Below, piece after piece: positions 13,440-24,028 of a stretch of DNA of 64,000 nt; positions within the stretch are counted from its first letter, which is position 1; each line of letters begins with the position of its first letter. The DNA comes from Marsupella aquatica (lineage: Eukaryota; Plantae; Marchantiophyta): positions 16,212,645-16,276,644 of the forward strand of contig OZ316893.1 of the NCBI GenBank assembly GCA_973895155.1. Reading direction: 5' to 3'. The notes below the pieces were generated by a model. That model had not been told where the DNA came from, ran no database searches, and saw only the letters and a list, made by a program, of their open reading frames with translations. The translations under genes were made by a program, and so were the position numbers.

Positions 13440-14700
13440 AGTTTTTTATTAAAAAATTAATGTATTTTTTAATAAAACCCCCAAAAGGGCAAAAAACTTT
13501 ATTCCATACAACCGACAACAAACTTCCTAGGAGAAGGAGGGGGAGCAACAAACAATTAAGGGGGCTGAAAACAGGAGCACACCTAGAGAAGAGAGAAAAC
13601 GCCCCTGTAACCTGTCCGCCTAGTATGAAGGAGGTGGAACAGAGAAGGAAGGAGGGACCAGGACACGGCTACTTAGGATCTAAACAATAGAGCCAAAAAG
13701 AGCAACATAGGGAACACAGAACGGCAGGCAAAACCTGATAAACCCAAGGATCTGTGATGGAAGGACCAACCCAAATCCCCACTGGCTGCCAAAAACCCCA
13801 GGGCCATTCCCTACAAACTATTCCCATGCATGCTCTTGTCAGATGTCATGTGTAATCCTCATTGGAAATCCTCTCGATCTATAGGTGAATAGGACCTGCT
13901 CAGAGTGGACCACAGATTGAACCATCAAACAAAGAGTGTCACCCTGATATATCCATGTGTAGACTCCCCCAGGTTCAACCCTCTATTCCCATCATATTAA
14001 ACCAGAATACCTCCATCAGAATCTGGTTCAACAGAAAAGGTTGAGGCTAGTATCCACCTAGCCAGGAGAGAGGAAACCACTATAGTGGTGTCCAAAATTG
14101 CCAACCAACCGAGAGAGCAATAACCCAATTGGCCTGTACCTCACCAACAATACACCGGGGTGCAGAAGAAGTGGCCTCCACGCCTGGAAATCTACCCATT
14201 TGGCATCACAAGAACAATAAAACCCCTATCTTTGTATCATCACATGTCACCTACATCTTGCATCACCCCCCATGATCACCAACAGCTGTTTCTTGTGCTG
14301 TGGATGTGTGTGCCTCCTTCCCAATTTATTCTCCCACTTTTTTCTCACCACTGCAGTAGAGAGACACACCCCCTGATTTTTCCCATCTTCCACCACCTTG
14401 ATAGTCCTCCGCACCTCACCACACAACAACCCCAGCCGAGGCCAGCCCAGTGGAGACAGGATAAGCAACCCCAAGACTGAACCATGAATGAACCAAGCTC
14501 AAAACCCGATCAATGAACAATCCTATATTACTCTAGATTTGCTGGACCTACGACAGACAAACTGAATAACTATACTAAGATCCTAGAACCATATAATGGA
14601 TCATGGCCAAAATACAATGCTACCATCTCCTACCTAGGAGACAAAAAGAACTGTCTAATCAAAAGGAGAGACCAGATCCTAGAGTAAAAGGAAGAACCCA
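13440..14700 (-). mobile_element. Possible heavily decayed LINE 3' end
   Basis: T/A-rich tail at about 13440-13480 and purine-skewed body. No intact motif could be read. Confidence 0.25.
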
Positions 14701-15218
14701 ATGTGTCGTATGCTAATAAAAGCAAATATCAAGAAATATATGCTAAAAACTCGGTGTTCGTTCCTGTGGAATAACAAGAATGAGATGATAAAATATTTTA
14801 AAGTCTTTTGAGTGGTTTAGAGATGGTACTCGACATCTTGAAGAAAAATAGAATCTTAAATAAAACATAGGTAATTAACAAAATATGAACAAAAGTGACA
14901 TTTGTTGAATAATAGAATCTTAAAGCTTTTAGAGGTATAGTTTAGCAATCTTTAAGTCCATCCTCATGTATTAAGAAGGAGTTATGGCATTGTTTGAGAC
15001 TGTCGTGACATATAGTATCGTAGCCATATAGTGTATCGAAAACATACAAGTCACCAGCAATGCATATGTGCAAGCTGCTAGCAACCAACATGCATAGAAA
15101 AAGTTCAATCACATTCACAAGTGCCAAGAAAAAGCAAGTGAGGTGGTATGTACGTAGTGGAGGTATAAACCTCTGTATCCCCCCCCAGACCACAGCCAAA
15201 AGGAGGGCTGAAGAAAAG

Positions 15219-16910
15219 TCAGATAGCACGTGGAGCACAGGAAGGGCAAAACCATAACCCTTCTGGCACCTGGGTAAGTTCAGGCCGAAGGCAGAAAAGA
15301 TGGTACCCTCCATTGCAATTGTCACACAGCAGCATCATCAATTCGCAAACACACTGATCTGATAAAGCATCAGCATCATCAATTCGCAAACACACTTTGC
15401 AAGGGTAGTCCACAGGTGGAATCCAAGTAGAAGTCACAATGGTGGGATCCAGGTTAGGCAGATGACAAGGGGCGCAATTCTTGGCATTGTCAGCAATTGT
15501 GCGCCCATCTGCCCCTTGTAACTCTAGCACTCCAGACGGTCGAATAGCTTTAACCCTGAGAATAGTACGACTGGTAGAGGTGTCCAGGGTGTCGTTAGCT
15601 TGCCGCTGCAAGTACACAAAATCTCCCACATCAAACTTCCTGACCTTGGGCTGAAAAGTGCCACCTCGTGTGTGTGCATAACGCAGTGTGTCCCTGTGCT
15701 GTGCAATGGTCAAATTCTCCATGGCCATGGGCATAACCCTCCTGAATAGGGCAGCCCTCTCAGAGATCACATCAGACCAAGTCACAGCTGAATCCAAGTC
15801 CACCACCTGAAGCATGTGAGCAGCAATAGCAGAAGGTGGAACTGGGTGACGACCAAACAACAAGAAGTAGGGAGAAAAGTTAGACAGTGATGCATGTCTG
15901 GACATCCTATACCCCATGGCAATGTAGGGTAAGGCCAGGTCCCAATCCTCCTTGTTTTTGGTGAGGCAGATCTTCCGGAGACCCTTCTTGCATGTCTGAA
16001 CCATGCGCTCTGCCAAGCCATCTGCCTGTGGGTGATCTCGTGATGTCCGGCGATGATCAATGAGGGCCTGATCAAGCAGCTCCTGGAACTCTCCTCTAAA
16101 CTCTGAGCCCTGGTCAGTGAGACATTCTGCACAAGCTCCAAAGCGGCTGAGAACTTGTTGCAGGAATGCCTGGCTGGTGCTACGGGAGGTCTTATCCGGC
16201 AATGCCACAAGTTCTATCCACTTGGAGAAATGCTCTATCATGATCATGATGTAGAGATTACCCCGAGATGTGAGGGGTAATTCTCCAGCCAAATCACATG
16301 ACCAGCGATAAAACATGCCCTGAATAGGGAGTGGATGAAGTGTGGGTTGCCGAGATGTGAAAGAAGTCCTCACCCTATCACACTGTTCACACCGGGCAAT
16401 AACATCTCGAACCTGGCCATGCATGCCTCTCCAATGATAATGAGGGACCAAGAGGCTGTAAGTCCTCTTAACACCAAAATGACCAAGCTCAGAATGTACC
16501 TTACGGATAAGGCCAACCCTCTCATGAATGGGTGGAACCACCACTTCCCTGTCTAGCAAGCAGCGCACGAGATGATCTCCCTTCCACAAGTAGCGCTTGG
16601 ACCTTTGCTGAATTCGGTCTCTCTGGGCAGCAGTAACATGTGTGGGGTACTCCCCATGCTGCAAAAATCTCAGAGTGTCGCTGTCCTCCCATATGTCCAC
16701 CACAGGTTGGTCAACAACATAGCATGGCAGCAAAGCAAGATAGGTCGATGCATGAAATGTAGGCAGGATGGAAACCTGGTCAAAATCTTGCCGTGCATCT
16801 GAGGAATCATCAGAGGTAATCAAAGGGTTGCGGGACATAGTGTCAGCATTCTGATGTGTCACACCAGGCCTATGAATTACCTCAAAATCATACTCCTGGA
16901 GTATGAGCGC
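15219..16910 (-). CDS. Integrase with C-terminal PHD finger
   Basis: HHCC motif (HSELGH..CEQC), DDE core (CDLAG..TDQGSEF..LAERMV), then CKVC..MLLCDNCNGGYHLFCL..VPEGLWFCPSC (Cys4-His-Cys3). A short tandem duplication at about 15330-15396 lies inside the PHD. Confidence 0.92.
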   Translation of the reverse strand, partial: ALILQEYDFEVIHRPGVTHQNADTMSRNPLITSDDSSDARQDFDQVSILPTFHASTYLALLPCYVVDQPVVDIWEDSDTLRFLQHGEYPTHVTAAQRDRIQQRSKRYLWKGDHLVRCLLDREVVVPPIHERVGLIRKVHSELGHFGVKRTYSLLVPHYHWRGMHGQVRDVIARCEQCDRVRTSFTSRQPTLHPLPIQGMFYRWSCDLAGELPLTSRGNLYIMIMIEHFSKWIELVALPDKTSRSTSQAFLQQVLSRFGACAECLTDQGSEFRGEFQELLDQALIDHRRTSRDHPQADGLAERMVQTCKKGLRKICLTKNKEDWDLALPYIAMGYRMSRHASLSNFSPYFLLFGRHPVPPSAIAAHMLQVVDLDSAVTWSDVISERAALFRRVMPMAMENLTIAQHRDTLRYAHTRGGTFQPKVRKFDVGDFVYLQRQANDTLDTSTSRTILRVKAIRPSGVLELQGADGRTIADNAKNCAPCHLPNLDPTIVTSTWIPPVDYPCKVCLRIDDADALSDQCVCELMMLLCDNCNGGYHLFCLRPELTQVPEGLWFCPSCAPRAI

Positions 16911-17052
16911 TCAACGAGCAAGCTTGCCAGTAAGCTTGTCGTTGGTCATCAACCACTTCAAGGGCTGGTGGTCGGTGTAGAGAACAAACCTGGTCCCATA
17001 GAGGTAGGGCCTATAATGTATGACAGCCCACACAACAGCAAGGCATTCACCC

Positions 17053-19359
17053 TCATAAGAAGAATAATGACTCTGCCTGATTGTTGCTCCTGGATGCATA
17101 GGCAATGACGTACTCTTTACCTTCCTCATCATGCTGGCCCAGAATGGCACCAATCCCAAGGGCACTCCAATCTGTGTGTAGCACAAAGACCTTGTTGAAA
17201 TCAGGTCTTCTTAGCACCGGGTATTCTGAGAGCTTCTCCTTCAAAGTGGCAAATGCTGCCTCAGCATCTGTACTCCATGTCCAAGTCACATTCTTTTTCA
17301 ACAAAGCATACAATGGGTGTGCAATGGTACTGAAATCTTTGATGTAGATCCGGTAGTAATTGCACAACCCAATAAAACTCCTCAAAGTGTGAACATCAGT
17401 AGGAGTGGGCATTTCCAAGATGGATACCACCTTGGCCCAGTGAGCCATGGTTCCATTTGGAAGAATGCGATGCCCAAGATATACTACTGATCTGACAGCA
17501 AATTCACACTTCTTGGGGTGTATCTTTAGGTTCACCTTCTTAAGCCTCATGAATAGCTCCTCAAGGTCAAGTAGATGCTGGTCAAATCCTTTGCTGTGGA
17601 CCAACACATCATCAATGTAGCATTTCAGAAACTCAGTACCTTGCAGAACCTGGTCCATGACTCTTTGAAAGAATATGGGCGCATTCTTCAAGCCAAATGG
17701 CATCACCAACCACTCCCATAGTTGGTTACTACCATGGAAAGTTGTTTTCTTGCGATCCTTTGCAAGCAGCAAAATCTGGTTGAAGCCTTGCCTTAGATCC
17801 ACAAGAGTGAAGATGTCTGAGTCTCCAATGCTGTCAAATAGCTCCTCTGGCCGCGGCATGGGGTACCTGTCCTGGGGTGTGACCAGGTTCAATGGCCTAT
17901 AGTCCCCACACATGCGCTTCTCTGTCCACAATCCACTGGAATCCTTCTTTGCTGGCATCACTGTAGCTGCCGCAAAATCTGATGTAGATGGCTGAATAAG
18001 ACCAGCTTCATAAAGCTCTTGGCACCTCTCATCCACCAGCTGCCACTCATGCTTACTCAAACGGTGTCTCCGCCTAAAGATAGGTGTTTTATCAGCCAAC
18101 TCAATGGAGAACTGCATAGTCTTGCACTTACCCAAGTCCTTCATAGAGAAAGCAAACACATTCTCATGCTTGAGGAGCAAATTCAGCAGCTGGTCCTTCT
18201 GTCTTTTACTCAGGTGGTTGCCCATGATAAATGTGTAGTTGACAACACTAGGAATAGGACCTGATGTACTCGTGCTTGAAGAGCCAGAAGTGCCAGCCTC
18301 TCCACTGTCCAAGCTGCTAGCATGCTGTTGATAAGGTGATGAGGCCTCTCCAAGGCCTGTTGTATCTGTTGCTCTGGTCTGATCCACACCATGAAACTCA
18401 GAAATAATGTCAGCCACATTACAAGGGACCTCCTCCCCCCCAACACTTGGACTGAAGCGGTGAGTGTTGAATAGAGGTAAGTGCACCTGGTCTGGATGCC
18501 ATGTAGCAGCACTATGGAGGGGTAGGGCTGGAGCTCCTAATGCTGGAGGAATGTACATCTGAAAAAGGATGCAAGTGACCAGAAGCCAAGTGAGAGCATT
18601 GAGATCCATTACCCTACCAAGTAAAGCATTCCTGGCCAGCCTGGTGATTTTGGTGTGACCTGTAGTACTGGGTTGGAAGCCCATAGCCCGTTCTCTCTCC
18701 TCAGGACTAGGTTCATCCCATGTACCGGTAGAATGTTGATAAACCAGCCCAGGACCATCACCCTGAAAAGCATGTGCACCTGGAAAGGACACAAATGTAG
18801 GCCAAGCAGCACGGGGTTGTCCAATGGTATTAGCTGGATACCAAGGTGCTGGCTCATGCTGTGTAACTGGTTGGCAAGAACTGTCAGGATCCAAAATCTG
18901 GTCCACTATAAGGTTAGTGTCCCTGGATGTGTGGTGAAGAGCCATCTCCAGCAAGGAAGGTGGTGCAAGGTTAGTCCAAAAGTTACAAAGACGATGTGCA
19001 TAAGAACCACAGTGCACTGCATCAATGAGAAGGGGTGGTCCCAAGTAGTGCTGGACCACACTGAAATCCTCTTTGACCTGTGGACGCTGGTCAAACTGAG
19101 ATGGAGTATTCTCAATGATATAACCAACAGCAGGATAAAGGGATTGAGCCCAGGTGAGAATCTGAACCAATGCTATGAAAAGGCCAGAACGAGAATCATG
19201 CAGTCCAGCACCGTGACCAGCAGCTAAAAACCCTTGGCATTCCCAACCAGCTATGATCAAATCAAGGGAGCCAAGAAGGGTTAAGTGCCGGTGCTGGACA
19301 AGCTGGATATCTGGAGGAAAGAAAGAAAATGCAGACTTCCATGCACTGTGTGGAAACTG
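17053..19359 (-). CDS. DNMT3-like catalytic domain (motifs IV-X), reverse transcriptase and RNase H
   Basis: DLIIAGWECQGF (IV), YIIENT (VI), AHRLCNFWTN (VIII), ERERAMGF (IX), RLARNALLGR (X); RT RMCGDYRPLN, MPFGLKNAP, YIDD; RNase H LHTDWSALGIGAIL. Frameshift near 17070 and a W-to-stop at 16911. Confidence 0.9.
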   Translation of the reverse strand, partial: QFPHSAWKSAFSFFPPDIQLVQHRHLTLLGSLDLIIAGWECQGFLAAGHGAGLHDSRSGLFIALVQILTWAQSLYPAVGYIIENTPSQFDQRPQVKEDFSVVQHYLGPPLLIDAVHCGSYAHRLCNFWTNLAPPSLLEMALHHTSRDTNLIVDQILDPDSSCQPVTQHEPAPWYPANTIGQPRAAWPTFVSFPGAHAFQGDGPGLVYQHSTGTWDEPSPEERERAMGFQPSTTGHTKITRLARNALLGRVMDLNALTWLLVTCILFQMYIPPALGAPALPLHSAATWHPDQVHLPLFNTHRFSPSVGGEEVPCNVADIISEFHGVDQTRATDTTGLGEASSPYQQHASSLDSGEAGTSGSSSTSTSGPIPSVVNYTFIMGNHLSKRQKDQLLNLLLKHENVFAFSMKDLGKCKTMQFSIELADKTPIFRRRHRLSKHEWQLVDERCQELYEAGLIQPSTSDFAAATVMPAKKDSSGLWTEKRMCGDYRPLNLVTPQDRYPMPRPEELFDSIGDSDIFTLVDLRQGFNQILLLAKDRKKTTFHGSNQLWEWLVMPFGLKNAPIFFQRVMDQVLQGTEFLKCYIDDVLVHSKGFDQHLLDLEELFMRLKKVNLKIHPKKCEFAVRSVVYLGHRILPNGTMAHWAKVVSILEMPTPTDVHTLRSFIGLCNYYRIYIKDFSTIAHPLYALLKKNVTWTWSTDAEAAFATLKEKLSEYPVLRRPDFNKVFVLHTDWSALGIGAILGQHDEEGKEYVIAYASRSNNQAESLFFL

Positions 19360-22300
19360 CTAAGGAAATCGCTCTGAACATTCCAGCAGACGGGATTCAG
19401 CCACTTGCCTTGCACCTGGATCAATATCCACATAGATGTACTGCTTCACCACCATGCCAGACTGTAGGAGAGCTTCCAGGCCTGTAGAAATGCCACCAAA
19501 AAGCTCAAGCAATGTAAGGCCATCTGAAGGAGGAGTCCATGTAACTGGTGCGCTCAAGATTGGGGCTATTGGTAGTCCATGATGCTGCCCAAGGTCCTCA
19601 AATTTGTGCAATGCAGCCACCAAAGGTCCATGGGCTACTTGGAGCCGTTGTACCACCTCTGGTTGATGATCCACGTTGCTGGAAAGTGCTGCTACACGTG
19701 CAGCAGCATGTGCAGTAGCCACCTCATCCTCATCATCCTCAATCCAATCCTGCAATGGGTGGTTGACATAGGTAGCTATGTGCACTGCTTTCAATACACA
19801 GTGGTGAGCCATAGGTGTATGGGCACCATGCAAATCAAGTGGAATGTAGCCCAAGTGTGAGCCATCCGTATGCCAATCAACTCTGTAGTATGCATGCTCA
19901 TGCCAATTGTCAATGGTAAAACCTGGTGGGAACAAAGCCTCCTGGCCAATGAGCACATCATACGTAGTGGCATTGGTAACCAAACATCTGACTGGGAAAT
20001 GCAATTCCTGATCTGTACCTCCATTAAAAGTGAGAGTGAGTAAAGTAGAACTCTCACCCAGCACATCCTCCACAGTGCCACTAGCAGTCCGAATGTGCCA
20101 CCTGGATTGCTGTAAATGATCAGTCAACAGTCCCATCTTCTTGGCAAACTGAATGCCCAATATCACTGGTTGAGCACCTGTGTCTAGCATGACCACCTGA
20201 GGAGTGTGACCCTCCAACTTGACTGCTGAATTCCTGTTGTCAACAATGGCAATGGTGGTGGAAACTAAAGTCCTGTCACTAGGCACCACTTTTGGCAAAT
20301 GATGAGGTACCTTGTGAAGGGAGTTAGTGTCCACGGTCTTTCCACTCAACAACATAGCCAGGAAAGATGGAGCAGCATGACCAGAATCAAGTGTAGCTCT
20401 GGTCACACAATCAGCAGCAATCGGTACTGGGGCAGCCAAACCAGTGGAAACATGTAAAGGAGAAGAAAAAGGTCCAGTATGTACATGAGATTGGACCTCC
20501 AAAACCGGTGTCATAGGGGCTGATGAAGAATGCAGTGAGCCCTCTAGCGCTCTGATGACAGCTCTAGCATCCAGCTGTAAATCATGGCAACTGAAAAGTG
20601 GAGTTGTAAGAATCCTTTGTGCCATACCGGAGGTGAAATGCTCAAGCAGCTCAGGAGAAACAACTCCCTGTGAAATGTCAGCAGCACCTGGTGGTGGAAT
20701 GGATGTAGCTGCAGCTCCCTCCCCCCTCGCCAACAAGGTGCGCTCTTCAGCAAGTGTGAGTGGCTGAAAAGATTGGGGCAGGACAGCCCGAGCGCCCCTG
20801 GCTCTAGTCAGAGGACCGGCAGCAAGACCATCAGCCTGTACAATGCGGCGTGTGGGAGCAATACGGGAGGCAACACTGGCCTGCTGGTAAGCAAAATAGG
20901 AAGGGCAGAATGAATCTGAAAATTCTGCTGTAAGGCCAGGCTGTGGAGCAGAGGACAACACACACTCACCCATATGAGCATCAAATGGTAAGCCATAGAA
21001 AGAGCGGGGTAGAGGTGCTGAACTGTCAGCGGTGCCTGGGCCAGGGATGGGTTGCACGTGACCAGCCGGTTGAGAAGGACCAGCAGAGGCAGTGGACTTG
21101 CCTTTGATGTTGGCAAGTTGGGCACGTAAGGACTCAACCTCATGAGTCAGAGACTGGAGTTGAGTTGCCTGTGCGTTGTGAGCCTCCTTCTGAGCTGGTT
21201 GCTTCTGTGGCTGCTTGGGCAATTTGTTAGCACCGGGTGCTTTGCCACTGGAAGGAGGAGCAGTGGATGCAGTAGGAGCCCTCCTAGCTGGTGGGGGAGT
21301 GGAAACAGGAGCAGGATGAGTGGCCTGCTGTCGTAGCTGCTTCCTCTCGGGGAATTTGGCAAAATAGACTGCCTCCAAGTGGCCCACTTTCCCGCAAAAA
21401 TCACAAGATAGGTCCTCAGCAACAATATCACATTCATTAGCCTTGTGATTAGGGTTACCACAGTAGTTGCAAGATGGCAGCATGAAAGCAGCATGTGCTG
21501 GCTTGGTCTTGGAACCATACTGTGGCACACGGGGAGGAGTGGCCAGTGTAGGGGCAGCAGCCTGGTACCTGGATCGCGGTGGACGTGCAATACTGGCCTC
21601 ATAATGTGCATGGGCCAACTCAAGTTTCTCAGCAGTGTCATAGACATTGAGCAAGGTGTAGCTGTCTCCAAACTCTGAGAATACTTGTTGCAACACTTGT
21701 GAATGGAGAGCTGGTGTGCCCTCCAATGCGCGAAGATAGCGATGAGCAACTTCCAGGTCAGTGATGCTCTGGGTGTCCTCCTTCAGCTTGAGAAGCCGGA
21801 GATACATCATCTTCAATGTTTCATCGCGCTGCCTCACAAAGGTGGCCAACTGCATGATTTTGTCAGCACTCTTGATTGGGAATTCCAATTCAAGAACCTG
21901 GAAAAACTCAGCCACTGGATCAGCAAAGGCAGGGGAATCAATGGTGGGAGAAATGCCTGATGTAGCCTGTGCCAAGACAGTGGGAGTAACAGGCGCAGTG
22001 GTAGGAACTGGAGTAGGAGGGGAAGTGGCAGGAGCAGCAACATGGGCTGCAATGGCATTTTGTAAGGCCAATTGTGAAGCTGCCACAATTGCACTGGCAT
22101 AGGTAGGTGGGTTAGGCAACTGTGTGACAGCAAGCAGCCGTTGAGAGTGCTGCTTATACACATCTAAAGCCTCATGGTGCACATACCTGGCTAGCTGCTT
22201 AAATGCAAACGCATTTGTGAAATTGCTGCCGTACTTCAACTCCAATTCGTAAACGACAGTGTAAAAAGTGGATTTGAACTCACATAAAGAGACAGTGCCT

Positions 22301-22614
22301 GGCCGCCCGCTGAAGCGCTCAATGCGGCCAGATGAGTGGCTGGCATCCATGCTGTATGTCGGTGAAGCAGGAACAACCACTGATGCAGAAGGGGTAAATG
22401 GCAATGAAGTGATAGCAGGCTTCGGAGTAGTGGTGAAGCAACCGCCAAATGTAGCAGGAGGATTGCGTGGTGTTGGTGCTGCTGCTGTCTGCGGACGTCG
22501 TCGAAATTGACGAGACTCCAATGAAATTGGCACCAATGGTCGTGGATCACTCCGTAAGTGGTACCGGGGTGTCGGTGGCGATGAGCTGCTACGACTCGGC
22601 TCCTCTGCTGACAT
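19360..22614 (-). CDS. Gag-protease plus N-terminus of the C5 DNA methyltransferase (first segment of the polyprotein)
   Basis: Zinc knuckles CNYCGNPNHKANEC and CDFCGKVGH; aspartic protease VMLDTGAQ; DNMT motif I LLELFGGISTGLEAL and motif II YVDID. Ends at an in-frame TAG, and the same frame continues into the 19260 ORF. Confidence 0.9.
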   Translation of the reverse strand: MSAEEPSRSSSSPPTPRYHLRSDPRPLVPISLESRQFRRRPQTAAAPTPRNPPATFGGCFTTTPKPAITSLPFTPSASVVVPASPTYSMDASHSSGRIERFSGRPGTVSLCEFKSTFYTVVYELELKYGSNFTNAFAFKQLARYVHHEALDVYKQHSQRLLAVTQLPNPPTYASAIVAASQLALQNAIAAHVAAPATSPPTPVPTTAPVTPTVLAQATSGISPTIDSPAFADPVAEFFQVLELEFPIKSADKIMQLATFVRQRDETLKMMYLRLLKLKEDTQSITDLEVAHRYLRALEGTPALHSQVLQQVFSEFGDSYTLLNVYDTAEKLELAHAHYEASIARPPRSRYQAAAPTLATPPRVPQYGSKTKPAHAAFMLPSCNYCGNPNHKANECDIVAEDLSCDFCGKVGHLEAVYFAKFPERKQLRQQATHPAPVSTPPPARRAPTASTAPPSSGKAPGANKLPKQPQKQPAQKEAHNAQATQLQSLTHEVESLRAQLANIKGKSTASAGPSQPAGHVQPIPGPGTADSSAPLPRSFYGLPFDAHMGECVLSSAPQPGLTAEFSDSFCPSYFAYQQASVASRIAPTRRIVQADGLAAGPLTRARGARAVLPQSFQPLTLAEERTLLARGEGAAATSIPPPGAADISQGVVSPELLEHFTSGMAQRILTTPLFSCHDLQLDARAVIRALEGSLHSSSAPMTPVLEVQSHVHTGPFSSPLHVSTGLAAPVPIAADCVTRATLDSGHAAPSFLAMLLSGKTVDTNSLHKVPHHLPKVVPSDRTLVSTTIAIVDNRNSAVKLEGHTPQVVMLDTGAQPVILGIQFAKKMGLLTDHLQQSRWHIRTASGTVEDVLGESSTLLTLTFNGGTDQELHFPVRCLVTNATTYDVLIGQEALFPPGFTIDNWHEHAYYRVDWHTDGSHLGYIPLDLHGAHTPMAHHCVLKAVHIATYVNHPLQDWIEDDEDEVATAHAAARVAALSSNVDHQPEVVQRLQVAHGPLVAALHKFEDLGQHHGLPIAPILSAPVTWTPPSDGLTLLELFGGISTGLEALLQSGMVVKQYIYVDIDPGARQVAESRLLECSERFP

Positions 22615-22939
22615 GCTGCATGCTCACCCGGGGTGCCTAAATCAAAAATGTCCCCCTTCCCGGTGGTACGAGGTGCTGAGGGGAAAGAAACTGACAAGAA
22701 AAATGGGTGCTAGCCCCAAGGCTAGGAAATAAAACCCACAAAGGAAACAACCGTGCGAGGCAGAAATGTGTAGACTGGCCCTGCCGAAAATATACTCACA
22801 AAAAAAATGAACAGAAAGAAAACAAGAGGAAACGGCGAAAAGGGGCCTCCGTTATGTGTATAGACAGGGGTCTGTGTATACACATAAAGGGTACCGGTCG
22901 GTGTTGGGTATTTACTCTTACGTCTAGGTTAGGTATGAC

Positions 22940-23064
22940 GTGGTTGGTACAACAACGTGGGTTGGTACAACTACGTGGTTAGGTACAACTACGTGATTAG
23001 GTACAACTATGTGGTTAGGTACAACTACGTAATTAGGTACAACTATGTGGTTAGGTACAACTAA
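22940..23064 (+). repeat. 18-bp tandem array (GTGGTTAGGTACAACTAC) in the Copia LTR; repeated at about 28554-28678
   Basis: About 7 near-identical head-to-tail units with no spacers. Confidence 0.9.
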
Positions 23065-24028
23065 GTTGCACACTATATCATAAGAGGCATGTGTGCTTGG
23101 AGAGGTAGAACCAAGGCTCATTGTTATGGAGCCACTTGAGAGATAGGGAGAGCTTACACTGTGGAGACTCGGTATAGCCGACGGGCTTAGAGTTCAGTAA
23201 AGCTCTCTTGTGTGTTCCCGTGGACGTAGCCTCAAGGAGGTGAACCACGTATCTCTTGTGTCGACTATTGTGCGTTGGATGGTTCATGGGCTTGCCGTTG
23301 CGATCGTCGTCTATGCTCAACAATTGGTATCAGAGCATGCTTGGGAGGTGACGTGTGTTCGTGACGGGATTTCATGACGGTTTTTCCAGCGTTGAGTGTT
23401 GGTGGATTTTCCAGAGTTCCATCGCATGGAACTTGGAGTTTATGGGCTCAACGGATAGATCAGGGCAAGAGCTTTCTAACGGTGTGAAGAAATCGTTGAA
23501 CGGAGCTCGTGGTGCAGAGAGATCTAAGTTTTCGTCGTTCTGGATTTTGTGAAGAAAGTTGGCAATCGACTCGGAGGGAGAAGCGTCAAGTGTTTTGACT
23601 CAACGGAGAGATTGAGGCAAGACGATTGTTTTTGAGTCCGGGATTGGCTCTTTGATGCAAAGAGGAAGGCTAAGCAAAATCAATTACCTTGTTGGACTTG
23701 GTGACTGCACCAAGTGCAATTGATCAACATTCGTTGTTGACAAGTGAGGTCGTAGCCATTGAAGTTGGCAATGCAGCGCACCAATCACATCGCAATTCCG
23801 ACAACGGGTTGTACTTGGTATTTCGGTTATTCCCTGAGGTGGTCAAAACGGGGGAGTTTCCCAAGGTTTTACCCACCTCGACCGAAATTTGAATAACTTT
23901 TCCGTCAAATTTCGATTTTGATTTTGGTTTTCAGTATTGGACTCCTAGCTTTGTGGGCTACGCGGCGATGTTGAGTTTCGAGTTTTTTGAGAAGTTGTGA
24001 AAAACAACATTTTTTGTGACTTTCTCAT

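Noticed and set aside
15171-15190. G-run as PPT with a 3' LTR directly after it
   Set aside because: The following sequence does not start with TG and does not match the 5' LTR. The element looks truncated in its 3' UTR.
19354-19362. Programmed readthrough at TAG-CAG-TTT (near the UAG-CAR-YYA signal)
   Set aside because: The match is imperfect, the stop lies in the middle of the DNMT domain rather than at a domain boundary, and a single CAG-to-TAG change explains it. Would be revived if conserved across copies.
22940-23064. CRISPR-like array
   Set aside because: Head-to-tail 18-bp units with no unique spacers, duplicated in both LTRs, no cas genes, eukaryotic context.
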